A DNA stretch of 54,733 bases from a virus. Lineage: Duplodnaviria > Caudoviricetes. The notes beneath the pieces were generated by a model, which saw only the letters and a program-made list of their open reading frames with translations, was not told where the DNA came from and ran no database searches. The position numbers were made by a program, and so were the translations under genes. This document shows positions 38,818 through 48,447 of the stretch, in pieces. Each line of letters opens with the position of its first letter. Position 1 is the first letter of the stretch. The stretch covers positions 1-54,733 of the IMG/VR virus record IMGVR_UViG_3300032170_000010. The stretch is one strand, 5' to 3'.

Positions 38818-39268
38818 TCCATACTCTTATCCCTGAACAAAACCTGGATTGCTATAAACAGCACGAACTTGCTCCTCGTTGCTTTTACTTTATTATGACC
38901 TGCGATGCAGTCAGCGGGCATTATCTTATAGATACTCGTTTCTGGCCTATCAGACCATATTTTACTTATCTGGGGGTGCTTAATTGACTGAGTTCAAGGC
39001 TGTTCACGATGATACTTCCAGGGTTGTAGCTCTGAAGAAGCGATTTAATAAAACCATTGATGAACTACGGTGGGCACTCTGGAAGAAGTCTGAGAGAATT
39101 GCTAAACTAGAGCGGAAGATAAGGAAGTTGGAGGCCAAAGATGAAAAGGTGGTCTAGGGAGTGGGTAGAGTCAGCAATACAGATACTTAATGACCCCTAT
39201 GGTGATTATGACAGAATGAGAGAAAAATTAAAGAACGGAACATTCTGGAAGGAAATAAAAAGGGGGAC

Positions 39269-39296
39269 TTGACAGCCAGAAAAAATAATATATAAT
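39269..39296 (+). promoter_or_regulatory. Consensus sigma70 promoter upstream of the late operon
   Basis: TTGACA-16-TATAAT. Confidence 0.8.
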
Positions 39297-39327
39297 GTCT
39301 AATAATGGTGTAGTCAAAAAGAATTTA

Positions 39328-39456
39328 ATGGAGCAAGTCACCGAAGCCGTGAGTATTGTTTTAGATGCGGGCTTTGGCAGAATTGAAGTAATCATAGATG
39401 AGGAGAAGGGCATTTATGATGTTATTCCCTCTCCCCGGATTAGAGTGAAGCATTGA
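39328..39456 (+). CDS. DUF2292/YezD-like small protein (42 aa)
   Basis: MEQVTEAVSIVLDAGFGRIEVIIDEEKGIYDVIPSPRIRVKH: helix, FG, beta-hairpin pattern; family call by recall only. Confidence 0.45.
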   Translation: MEQVTEAVSIVLDAGFGRIEVIIDEEKGIYDVIPSPRIRVKH

Positions 39457-39459
39457 CAA

Positions 39460-39571
39460 TGTGATCCTGTAATGTTCTGGCATTAGGTTGGGTGTTTGTG
39501 ACATGAATGAAATGTGAACAGCCCAGATTTTGTCTGTTCGGTGCGGGGTGGGGAATCCTGCCAGGGTCATA
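39460..39571 (+). ncRNA. tRNA-like cloverleaf RNA, copy 2
   Basis: UGUGAUCCUG/CAGGGUCAUA stem; UAAUG-UUCUGG-CAUUA; long middle arm; GCGGG-GUGGGGAAU-CCUGC. Confidence 0.7.
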
Positions 39572-39610
39572 ATTTGACAATCTAATATAGTCTGACCTAC
39601 TCTGAACTTG

Positions 39611-39662
39611 AGCGGTCAATCTTAGCGTTTTGAAAGAAGCGTTAAGGTTGGCCGCTTTTTTT
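39611..39662 (+). terminator. Strong intrinsic terminator upstream of terL
   Basis: AGCGGTCAATCTTAGCGTTTT-GAAA-GAAGCGTTAAGGTTGGCCGCT hairpin ending in a T7 run. Confidence 0.8.
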
Positions 39663-39805
39663 ATTGAAATATTTCGGTGAGGGTGGTTTAGGGGCTGGTT
39701 CAGGAGGAATACAACCTCGCTAGAAGGATACTGCACCTGGCACTACAGTATGATCTAGTAGGTAGCCTTTGACGAAAGGTTATGTAACCGAAACGATGCA
39801 ATCAA

Positions 39806-41350
39806 ATGTCAGTTAAAATAAACAAGGAAATTGCTCTTTCTAATCTTTTCTATTTTGCCAAGTATGTCTGTGGTAAAGCTCGAATGCAGTATGATCCTCA
39901 CTATTGGTTATCTCGATTCATTCAGGATTGGGGACCGAATAGAAAAAAGATCAAGCCCGATCTTACTCACTATAACTATCAATTTCATTTTTCAAAAGAA
40001 GATCGGGTAAGAAATAAATTGGTTTTACTACCACGAAAAGGCTTCAAATCTACGGATGGTGCGGTCTGTTTTCCACTTTGGATGTTAGTGCAACCCGAAG
40101 AATCCCCTTATACACTTGAGCATTTGCGTGGTAAGGGTGGAAACAGGAATATGAGAATACTTCTGGACAGTGAAGTCAGGAACAAAATCTCACTGAGGAA
40201 TCTTAATGACATAAAAGGCATTCTACAAAAACCACTTTTCGTTAAAATGTTTGGCAAGATGAGACCGGAGGTCGGCTGGAAAGAAGACCAAATTATAATT
40301 TCTCTTCGTCAACCAGGCATATTTGGTGAGCCAAGTATTATAATCGGAGGGGTAGACATTGAAGAAACTGGTATGGCGTTTGATTTGATTGTGCCCGATG
40401 ACCTGTGTGGTAGAACCAATGTTAATACTCAAGACCAACTAGAAAAGGTAGTAAGGCACTTTCAAGACTATGGTAGTTTGTTAGATAAGGGGGGACTGCT
40501 TCTTTGTCTGGGCACATTTTGGCATCATCAGGATTATTATCATTACATTTTAGAGAATCCAGAAATTTTAGCTCAGTTTGATGTTATTCGATGGCCAGCC
40601 AAAGACGAGCAGGGAAAATTTCTATTTCCACAAGAACTTAATGAGAAGAAATTAGCAGAAGAAAAAGCTAAACAAGGTTCTCATTTTTATCCTCAGTATA
40701 TGCTCGAAGTTACCGCTGGTGAAGATGCAATCATTGACAAGGCTGATTTGCGTTATTTTAAGGTCGTGGACGGGGAAATATGGATCCAACAAGAAGGCGC
40801 CTATAGACCAAAGGGTCTAAAAATCAGCGACCTTACTATAACGCTGACCTGTGATGAGGCACATACGAAGGCCAAGTATGCTGACTATATGGGAATTAAT
40901 GTAAAAGGTGAGGACAAGGAAGGGAACTGGTATATCTTGATTTCTCGGCGGGGAAGGTGGTCTGAGAGTGAAGGTCTAAATGAGATTGAGATTAGTTATC
41001 AGACTTATCCTATTAATCAGGGTGGCTTAGAGAGTGATCGATATGAACTTTTGGCGGAGCAACTTTCTCGGCGGGGAATTTACATTAAGGAACTTAAACA
41101 TCGGCTGAGGTCAAAGTATTCTCGTTTTAGGGCTTTAGAACCCCGATTTGCTCGGCACAAGATTTATATACAGAAGAGTCAGGGAAATCTGGAGTATGAG
41201 ATTTTATGCTGGATGTCAACTGGATTCAGGGGAACACACGATGATGAATCTGATGCCTTGGCATATCAAGCCGATTTGGGAACCTTTACTGTCCAGAAGG
41301 AGAAGAGGATTAGTTGGGTTAATTACAGCGATCCCATGACTGGATACTAG
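39806..41350 (+). CDS. terL: Terminase large subunit
   Basis: LPRKGFKST, TGMAFDLIVPDD, GTFWHHQD, QYM, HDDESDALAY. Confidence 0.9.
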   Translation: MSVKINKEIALSNLFYFAKYVCGKARMQYDPHYWLSRFIQDWGPNRKKIKPDLTHYNYQFHFSKEDRVRNKLVLLPRKGFKSTDGAVCFPLWMLVQPEESPYTLEHLRGKGGNRNMRILLDSEVRNKISLRNLNDIKGILQKPLFVKMFGKMRPEVGWKEDQIIISLRQPGIFGEPSIIIGGVDIEETGMAFDLIVPDDLCGRTNVNTQDQLEKVVRHFQDYGSLLDKGGLLLCLGTFWHHQDYYHYILENPEILAQFDVIRWPAKDEQGKFLFPQELNEKKLAEEKAKQGSHFYPQYMLEVTAGEDAIIDKADLRYFKVVDGEIWIQQEGAYRPKGLKISDLTITLTCDEAHTKAKYADYMGINVKGEDKEGNWYILISRRGRWSESEGLNEIEISYQTYPINQGGLESDRYELLAEQLSRRGIYIKELKHRLRSKYSRFRALEPRFARHKIYIQKSQGNLEYEILCWMSTGFRGTHDDESDALAYQADLGTFTVQKEKRISWVNYSDPMTGY

Positions 41351-41364
41351 AGGAGGAAAAAACA

Positions 41365-41538
41365 ATGCCACCTAAAAGTAAAGCACAAGCTCGATTTATG
41401 GGTGCAGTAATCGCAGGTAAAGCGAGAAAAAAGGGTCCATCGAAAAAAGTAGCTAGGGAGTTTTTGAGGGGCCATAAGATTAAGGGATTACCGAAGAGAA
41501 AGAAAAGCAAAAGGAAAAAGAGCAAGAGGAAGAGATAA
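41365..41538 (+). CDS. Very basic small protein (57 aa), MPxKSKAQ type
   Basis: MPPKSKAQARFMGAVIAG...GLPKRKKSKRKKSKRKR; GAGGAGG RBS. Confidence 0.7.
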   Translation: MPPKSKAQARFMGAVIAGKARKKGPSKKVAREFLRGHKIKGLPKRKKSKRKKSKRKR

Positions 41539-43259
41539 TGATTAAAGCTGATGAGATTCTCGAAAGAAAACAACTAGCTGAAGATGAACGAGACGAATGG
41601 GAATGGGAGACCAGATGGGAAAAGTGGAGAAGAGTTGCTGAGTGTGTGATTGATCCCAAATATGAGAGAGGCAAGAGGAAATATAAGCGTTCAGCTTTAG
41701 ACGATAAATTTTTGTGGTCTTTGGTTCAATTCGTTGTAGCCCAGGAAGGTTCGGCTCTCCTGGTTCCCGATCCCTTCGCTACCATTGTAGCGGCGGAGTC
41801 TGGTGATATTGAACGAGCAGCGGATATGAAACACTTAATCCGCTACCAGATGTATGTAGAAAGTTTTCCTTACACGGGATTATGCTGGAATACTGGGGCA
41901 GCAATTTATGGGACATCGGTTCTTAAAGTTACCTGGAATTTTGAAAGCAATAATCCTCGCTTTGAGCATATCCCCATAGAGTGCTTTTATCCTTCTCCTG
42001 ATTCGATGTCTCCCTTAAATAAGGATGTTCCTTGGGCTATTCACGAATCCTGGCACAGACTTGATGAGCTAAAGAAAGAAGTGGATAGTGATAAGAAACC
42101 TCTCTATATAAATTTAGATAAGGTAGAGAAGGCTCTTGCTTCGACTACTCATCAAAAGAGTACGGCCAAGGGAACCTCTTATGAACGCTATACTGCTGCT
42201 GAAGCTAAAACAATTGTTCACGTCCTGGACTACTGGGAAGATGACTTTAATATGGCTGTGGCAGAAATCAGGGAAGGAAGCAAAGCTAGTGCTATTCCCA
42301 TAATTGAGGGTAGGGATAATCCGTTTGACCACAAGAGAAAGCCATTTGTTGCCATTATAGATGCTTTACGTCTACATAGTTTTTACGGAATTGGGATTAT
42401 TGAAAGTGGATATGACTCCTATAGAGAAATGGTCACTCGCAAGAACCAAAGAATAGATGCTATTTCTCAAGCTATCAATGCTGGTTTTGCTATAGATAGA
42501 ACGGCTGGTGTGGAAGAAGATGCTCTTATTAACTGGGACAAAGGAAGTATTGTCAGGGGTAACGGTCCTCCCCGTCAATGGATTGAGGCTTTGAGACCGC
42601 CTGAACCATCGGCAGCAGCATACAAAGAACACGAGGAGAGAAGGCGTGAGTTAATGGATGTTACGGCAGGCTATACTTATGCTAGGGGAGAAGCACCAAG
42701 GAGAGCGGAAACGGCTACTGGTATCGCCTCTCTAATCTCTGGGGCGAATATTCGTTACCGGATTAAGGTATTTGCTAAGTCTTGCACGGGCTATGTGCCT
42801 TTGCTTGCTTTAGTAGCTGACCTTAATCAGCAATATCTTCCCGAAAAAAAGCAGATTATGATTTTAGGGAAAGAACCTCAACCCAAAACTATAAAAAAAG
42901 AGGAAATTAAGGGACGTTATGATTTCTTTGCTAAGACAGCGGCTATGGATCCTGAGACTATGAAGGAAATAAAATTGCAAAAACTTATCAATATATTCCA
43001 GATAGCTGCCTCAGCCGAGGTTATTGGTTTCGATATAACTAAATTTTTGGAAATTATTCTTAAAACTGCTGATATGCCTGAAATTGATGCTTGTTTCCCT
43101 GAAAAGCGGCGGGAAGAGCAGATGTATCGGGGTTCTCCTATGCTGATGCAACAGATGATGGGAGGCACTCGTTCAAGTCTTCCTGCTCCTGGGGGACCAG
43201 AAGAAGGAACGATGGGGACAGAACTCAAAGGAATGACGGGAGAGGCTTTGAGGAGATGA
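41538..43259 (+). CDS. Portal protein (P22-like)
   Basis: AIYGTSVLKVTW, NPFDHKRKPFV, FYGIG, ETATG; follows terL. Confidence 0.88.
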   Translation: MIKADEILERKQLAEDERDEWEWETRWEKWRRVAECVIDPKYERGKRKYKRSALDDKFLWSLVQFVVAQEGSALLVPDPFATIVAAESGDIERAADMKHLIRYQMYVESFPYTGLCWNTGAAIYGTSVLKVTWNFESNNPRFEHIPIECFYPSPDSMSPLNKDVPWAIHESWHRLDELKKEVDSDKKPLYINLDKVEKALASTTHQKSTAKGTSYERYTAAEAKTIVHVLDYWEDDFNMAVAEIREGSKASAIPIIEGRDNPFDHKRKPFVAIIDALRLHSFYGIGIIESGYDSYREMVTRKNQRIDAISQAINAGFAIDRTAGVEEDALINWDKGSIVRGNGPPRQWIEALRPPEPSAAAYKEHEERRRELMDVTAGYTYARGEAPRRAETATGIASLISGANIRYRIKVFAKSCTGYVPLLALVADLNQQYLPEKKQIMILGKEPQPKTIKKEEIKGRYDFFAKTAAMDPETMKEIKLQKLINIFQIAASAEVIGFDITKFLEIILKTADMPEIDACFPEKRREEQMYRGSPMLMQQMMGGTRSSLPAPGGPEEGTMGTELKGMTGEALRR

Positions 43260-43546
43260 CAGATAACGAGAAATATAACCTTGGCATAGCGGCTGCTAAA
43301 TTCTTACAAAGTGATTTGTGGACTAAGACTATAAAATTATTCTTTGAAACGCAAAAAAGAGATGCTTCTCATAAGCACATGTTCTGTCCAGAGAAAGAAC
43401 AGGAGAAATGGAAGGCTAGATATGTAGCTTGCGATATGGTGGAGACGGTTTTAAAGGAAGCTATTATGGATGGAAAAAATGCTAAGGAAAATTTAGAAGA
43501 AAAAGCTGCTGAAAGGCAGGAGAAATTAAGAAGGAGAAAGAAATGA
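43256..43546 (+). CDS. Small protein between portal and scaffold
   Basis: Synteny; FLQSDLW motif. Confidence 0.6.
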   Translation: MTDNEKYNLGIAAAKFLQSDLWTKTIKLFFETQKRDASHKHMFCPEKEQEKWKARYVACDMVETVLKEAIMDGKNAKENLEEKAAERQEKLRRRKK

Positions 43547-44313
43547 TTTTAGAAGAACAAAATTCTGAGGAACTCAATACCTCCAAAGGAGACTCCTCCA
43601 AAGAGGAACACCTCACCGAAGAGACTGAGACCAAAGAAACTCTTGAGGAAGGGACTGAGGAAGATAAAACTCAACACCCCTCGCCTGAAGAGAAAGACGA
43701 GAAGGTTGACTGGGAAGCGAAACACAAAGATTTACAGCAAAAGTTTACCCCGATGGCTCAGGAATTGGCTGAACTAAAGACAAAGTCAGCCGAAAAAGAA
43801 AAACAGTTCGCTCAGCCCTCAGCCGAAGAATTAGAGAAAAAAGAGATTGCAGAGTTGAGTCAACTTATGGAGCAGCACAAAGATAACGCTGCTCAAGGTT
43901 TGACAACCTGGATCAGAAAAAGAGAGGGTGAAATAAACTCTCGGATGCAAGCATCTTTATCTCCAATCTATGCTCAAATACAATATCTGGGGTGGAGACA
44001 GAAACAGCTAGCGGAAGGGACAACTTTAGATGACCTAACTGAAAAAGAGAAAAAGATGCAGGAAGTAATAAAAAAGAATCCAGCTATTTTGCAATTTCCC
44101 AACGCACTCGAACAGGCAGAAGCACTGGTAATAGGAGCTAAGGACATGAATCAAATGAAAAAAGAAATACTTAAAGCGGAAGAGCAACGACAGAAACAGA
44201 GAGGAGGACATACTGTGGGTGCTTCTAAGTCTAAGGGGAAGGGTAAGAAAACTGAAGCTCAGAGAGCTTCTGAGTTTTATGGGATGAAATTTGCTGAACC
44301 TAAAGAAAGATAA
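43543..44313 (+). CDS. Capsid scaffolding protein
   Basis: Acidic N-terminus, DWEAKHKDLQQKFT coiled coil; directly before the major capsid gene. Confidence 0.75.
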   Translation: MILEEQNSEELNTSKGDSSKEEHLTEETETKETLEEGTEEDKTQHPSPEEKDEKVDWEAKHKDLQQKFTPMAQELAELKTKSAEKEKQFAQPSAEELEKKEIAELSQLMEQHKDNAAQGLTTWIRKREGEINSRMQASLSPIYAQIQYLGWRQKQLAEGTTLDDLTEKEKKMQEVIKKNPAILQFPNALEQAEALVIGAKDMNQMKKEILKAEEQRQKQRGGHTVGASKSKGKGKKTEAQRASEFYGMKFAEPKER

Positions 44314-44331
44314 GGCGAGGTGAGATAATAA

Positions 44332-45498
44332 ATGACTTACGTATATCCTGAAGAATATAGTGATTTAGCTACTTCACAACTTAAACTTGATGTGACTCCA
44401 GAATTAAAGGAATTAGAAAAGGATGTTACTATATTTACTACTTTTCTAATGAATTTAGGTCCTGGTAGCAAAGCTGGAGGAACTTCATATAAGCACGAAT
44501 GGGAAGAACAGAATCCCGAAGATCTTGATGACACTCTAAACGGTTCATACACTACTACTGATACTGGATTTACTGTGCACAATGGCTCTTACTTTAATGC
44601 AGGGGATACCATTAAGGATACTGATACGGGTGATGTGTTTGTCATCACAAGCATATCTACCAATGTCTTAACCGTTGTTGATATTGGAGCAGCAGCAGCC
44701 GTTGGTGGAGGAGTCGCTGGAGATAATATCAAGATTATCGGTTCTGCCTTTGGAATCGGAACTGAGAAGCCTACTCCCAAACAGAAAGCTGTAACTCACG
44801 CATATAACCATATGCAGATCTTCAAGGAGTCATTCCAGGTAGCGGGATCTGTTGATGCAGCCACAATGAACATTAACGTGACCGAGAGAAACAGATTAAG
44901 AAAACTGCGGCTGGCGACTCATAAAAAGAAGATTGAGAGGGCACTCTGGTTTCAGGAATTAAAAAGCGTTGCTGGGGGAACGACAACCAACTACACCTAT
45001 TTCCTCAAGGGAGCTATTGCTTGGGCTGCTCAGAATGCTGGTTCACCAGGAACCGTGTTGACTGAATCCGAGTTCGATACGTGGCTCAGTGATGTCTTCT
45101 ATTATGGAGGCTCAAGGCGTATCCTGTTTGCCGATGCCATCTTGAACAGGGGTATCAATCATTGGAAGAAGGGCAAGGTTGACTTGACTCCCAAAGATGA
45201 GAATTACGGTCTTCCTCAGATGAAGAGATACTTATGTTCAGAGGGTGTTCTGGATATAGTCTATAACCGCCTAATGAAAGATGACTTCGCTGGCTACTCC
45301 TACGCATTTGATCCAGATTGTATTCGGGTTATTGCCATGGATCCTGATAGTAATGGAACAAGATACAATCGTTATTGGACTAATGTTCAGGAGGAAGGGT
45401 CGGATAAATTTGAGGATCAATTCTTAACAGAGTTGACTCTTGAGTTTTCCAATCCTTATCGTCACGGTTACATCAGCGGATACACTTCTGTTGGATAA
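44332..45498 (+). CDS. Major capsid protein (DUF5309/SU10-like)
   Basis: KHEWEE, YNHMQIFKESF.V.GS, HKKKIERALWF, DQFLTELTLEF.NP..HG. Confidence 0.85.
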   Translation: MTYVYPEEYSDLATSQLKLDVTPELKELEKDVTIFTTFLMNLGPGSKAGGTSYKHEWEEQNPEDLDDTLNGSYTTTDTGFTVHNGSYFNAGDTIKDTDTGDVFVITSISTNVLTVVDIGAAAAVGGGVAGDNIKIIGSAFGIGTEKPTPKQKAVTHAYNHMQIFKESFQVAGSVDAATMNINVTERNRLRKLRLATHKKKIERALWFQELKSVAGGTTTNYTYFLKGAIAWAAQNAGSPGTVLTESEFDTWLSDVFYYGGSRRILFADAILNRGINHWKKGKVDLTPKDENYGLPQMKRYLCSEGVLDIVYNRLMKDDFAGYSYAFDPDCIRVIAMDPDSNGTRYNRYWTNVQEEGSDKFEDQFLTELTLEFSNPYRHGYISGYTSVG

Positions 45499-45499
45499 C

Positions 45500-45552
45500 A
45501 AGGAGAGTTTGCTCTCCTTATAATTGTGGAGGGGGTCATTCTTGGCCCCCTC
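45500..45552 (+). terminator. Two hairpins after the major capsid gene (attenuator or mRNA stabiliser)
   Basis: AAGGAGAG-TTTG-CTCTCCTT and GAGGGGGTCA-TTCT-TGGCCCCCTC; no clear U-tract. Confidence 0.45.
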
Positions 45553-45570
45553 TGCGCAGGGGGAAAAAGA

Positions 45571-46047
45571 ATGGCTAAGACAAAACGAGTTTGGTTTCGC
45601 TCAAGACACGCTGCTTCTTGGTACATAGTGCTTGACCCGTCTGAGTATGTGGTAGAAAAAGTTGGAATGACTGAAAAGAGAACATTCCACGAAGGACTAC
45701 GAGTAACATTCCAAAACTATATGTATTCCACTACGGACAAGCAGATAATAGAGATGCTCAGGGCTAAGTTAAGCGAGAAGGGGCCTCGTGGCAGAGTAAT
45801 TGGGCCACGAAAATATCAGTTTGATGAAGTTCCATCTCCGCAAGATGAAGCAAGGAAAGCATTAGCAGGATTACAGGATAAGGTCAAGCGACTAGATGAA
45901 GAAGCTGAAAAAGAAGCCGAGGATTTACAGGTTTACGATTACTGCGATGAGCCTAGTTGTGATTACAGGGTTTCAAAAGATTTAAGTCCTAAGCAGAAAA
46001 AGGACGCTATGCGATTACACAAAGCTATGGCTCATGGCAAAAAATAA
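45571..46047 (+). CDS. Hypothetical virion-associated protein with C-terminal CxxxxC...H...H motif
   Basis: Start at MAKTKRV (upstream GTG lies at the start of a hairpin). Confidence 0.55.
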   Translation: MAKTKRVWFRSRHAASWYIVLDPSEYVVEKVGMTEKRTFHEGLRVTFQNYMYSTTDKQIIEMLRAKLSEKGPRGRVIGPRKYQFDEVPSPQDEARKALAGLQDKVKRLDEEAEKEAEDLQVYDYCDEPSCDYRVSKDLSPKQKKDAMRLHKAMAHGKK

Positions 46048-46075
46048 ATGAAACATAGCAATACAGGAGAAAAAA

Positions 46076-46513
46076 ATGGCTTACACAACTAAAGAAACAA
46101 GTGCTGCTCAGGAACAATGCACCGTCAAGGGTTTACACTGGATTAAGAACATGGTTAAGACTTGGCTTCACTATGCTTTTTGGGCCAAGGACGGTGTAGA
46201 GGAACAAGAAATTACAGATACCTCAGAAACTCAAGTTATTAGCATGGGTGGAGTGGCAACGCTTAACAATGTGGCGAGTTTAACCTGCACACTAGCTGAT
46301 CCAGAGGCAGTAGGAGCTTTGATGGTTATTAGCCAGATAGATGCTGGAACTGCTGGACATACGGTAACTTGTGAAACCGCTAATGCCTTAGATGGAACCC
46401 ACGATGTAGCTACCTTTACTTCTCAGTATGACACTCTAGTTTTGCTGAGTGTAGCAACTGACAGATGGATTATTGTAGAGAATATAGGTGATGTGGGATT
46501 AACAACTGCATAA
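46076..46513 (+). CDS. Capsid decoration-like beta protein
   Basis: TLADP...G....I....TAGHTVT...ATF...D pattern. Confidence 0.55.
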   Translation: MAYTTKETSAAQEQCTVKGLHWIKNMVKTWLHYAFWAKDGVEEQEITDTSETQVISMGGVATLNNVASLTCTLADPEAVGALMVISQIDAGTAGHTVTCETANALDGTHDVATFTSQYDTLVLLSVATDRWIIVENIGDVGLTTA

Positions 46514-46992
46514 TGAAATTACACTTGGGCTGTGGCGGTATCCGTCTTAACGGCTATATAAATGTTGATTGTCGGAAGAGTAGTGCGGTTGATGTTATTG
46601 CTGATGCAAGGAATTTACCATTTAAGGACAACTCGGCGACTCTAATAGAATCTTATCATTTGATTGAACATATACCACGCAGGAATGTAATGGATACATT
46701 GAGAAGCTGGTATCGTCTTTTGAGACCCGCTGGTAAGCTCGTGATTGAATGTCCTGATTTCGACAAAAATTGTGAAGATTATGTTAGAGGAATCAATCAA
46801 AATATGCAACTTCGATACATATATAGTATGGGTAGATGGCCCAAAGATGTTCATTTTTATGGTTACAATTTTGAGAGATTAAAATTGTTTTTGGAAAAAG
46901 CTAATTTTACAAATATCCAAAGACAAATCTCACATGATTATCACACACAACAAGCTGCTTGTCTAAGAGTTGAGTGTCAAAAACATGGTTGA
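46513..46992 (+). CDS. Class I SAM-dependent methyltransferase
   Basis: LHLGCG, GYINVD, LPF, HLIEH, LLRPAG.LVIECPD. Confidence 0.88.
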   Translation: MKLHLGCGGIRLNGYINVDCRKSSAVDVIADARNLPFKDNSATLIESYHLIEHIPRRNVMDTLRSWYRLLRPAGKLVIECPDFDKNCEDYVRGINQNMQLRYIYSMGRWPKDVHFYGYNFERLKLFLEKANFTNIQRQISHDYHTQQAACLRVECQKHG

Positions 46993-47665
46993 AAATTTAG
47001 TGAGTATTCTCATTCCCACTAGGGGAAGAGCGAAACAGTTAAAGAAGCATATAAGGCTCATTAGAAAAAATACTTTCTATGAGCCTTACGAGCTTCTCCT
47101 GATGGTTGACGAGGATGACGAGGCTACTATAAAAGTTTGCAGGGAACTTGAGCTAAGACATTTTATTCATTCTGTCTCAGAAGATGGAAGAGACTTCTTT
47201 GTAGCTAAAATCAATCGAGGATTCAAGGAATCGGAGGCTGAGTATTTTATCTACTTCTCCGATGATGTAAGAGTTGAATCCGGCTGGCTTAAGGCAACTA
47301 TTTCTCACTTTAAGAATGAATTTCCCGATGAGATTGGCTTAGTTGCTTTTGATGATGGATTCTATCACGAAAGATTAGCTCCACACGGACTTGTATCTCG
47401 AAAGTGGATTGACAAATTGCAGTTTGGCGGGTGGCTTCTCTGGCCTGACTATCTTCATTATCACGGCGACCAAGAAATAACTCAAGTAGCCAAGAAAGTG
47501 GGAAGATTCTCCTATTGTGAAAAGGCTAAAGCTATTCATATTAGACCGAAGAATCCTGAAAAAAGGGATTCAATCTGGAAGGAAATGCACGAATATTGCT
47601 GGCCAATAGACACTAATCTTTTCTACGAAAGAAGAAGGGTAGGATTTCCTGGATATGGGGCTTAA
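46985..47665 (+). CDS. GT2-family glycosyltransferase
   Basis: VSILIPTRGR, VDEDD, INRG, FSDD, HYHGD. Confidence 0.85.
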   Translation: MVENLVSILIPTRGRAKQLKKHIRLIRKNTFYEPYELLLMVDEDDEATIKVCRELELRHFIHSVSEDGRDFFVAKINRGFKESEAEYFIYFSDDVRVESGWLKATISHFKNEFPDEIGLVAFDDGFYHERLAPHGLVSRKWIDKLQFGGWLLWPDYLHYHGDQEITQVAKKVGRFSYCEKAKAIHIRPKNPEKRDSIWKEMHEYCWPIDTNLFYERRRVGFPGYGA

Positions 47666-48446
47666 AAAATTAAAAAAACACAGGATATTTATACAACTGC
47701 CTATCTATGATGATATGCCAGGTAGAGCGGTAGCGGCTTTAGCGACTTTGATAACTAGATGCAGGCACATCTTGAGTCCGGGGTTCTGTTTTGCTACCAG
47801 GATTGATAAAGCACGAGTTCAATTGGCTCAGATGTTTCTCAATACTAACTGCGATTTAATGCTCTGTATAGATGCAGACAGCTTATATAGGCCAGGACTC
47901 GTGGATAAATTGATTTCTCATAACAAAGATATAGTGAGTGGTCTCTATTTCTCCAGAAGAGCACCCTGTAAGCCTATTATGTATAAGCAGAAGGAGTTTA
48001 ATACTCGTTTTGCTCCTATAACCGAGTGGGAAGAGGGAAAGCTCATTGAAGTAGATGGCGTGGGTATGGGGTTTTGTCTGATAAAAAGAGAAGTGGTAGA
48101 GAAAATAGGGGCAAAATCCTTTAATTCTATCCTACTTAAAGACCTATTTGATGAGCAACTCCTAGATGTAGAAGACGTCTCTCCTATGGGTGGAGACTTA
48201 GCTTTTTGTCAACAGGCTCGTAGGAATGGGTTCAAGGTTTGGGTGGATACAAGTGTAGAGGTGGGGCATCTAGGTGAGCGAGCTTACGAGAGAGACGACT
48301 TTGAGATGTATAAATTACGTGCTGCATTGAAAGATGTAGATAGGGATAAGTTAAGTGAAACTCTACAAAGGCAGAAAGAGCAACTTTTAGGTTTGAACAA
48401 TAAACAAAAGATTATAAAACCAAAATTAATTATTCCAGGAGGATAG
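47655..48446 (+). CDS. GT-A fold glycosyltransferase
   Basis: IDAD, DIVSGLY, EVDGVGMGFCLIKREV, GGDLAFC, GFKVWVD..V.VGH. Confidence 0.85.
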   Translation: MGLKKLKKHRIFIQLPIYDDMPGRAVAALATLITRCRHILSPGFCFATRIDKARVQLAQMFLNTNCDLMLCIDADSLYRPGLVDKLISHNKDIVSGLYFSRRAPCKPIMYKQKEFNTRFAPITEWEEGKLIEVDGVGMGFCLIKREVVEKIGAKSFNSILLKDLFDEQLLDVEDVSPMGGDLAFCQQARRNGFKVWVDTSVEVGHLGERAYERDDFEMYKLRAALKDVDRDKLSETLQRQKEQLLGLNNKQKIIKPKLIIPGG

Positions 48447-48447
48447 G

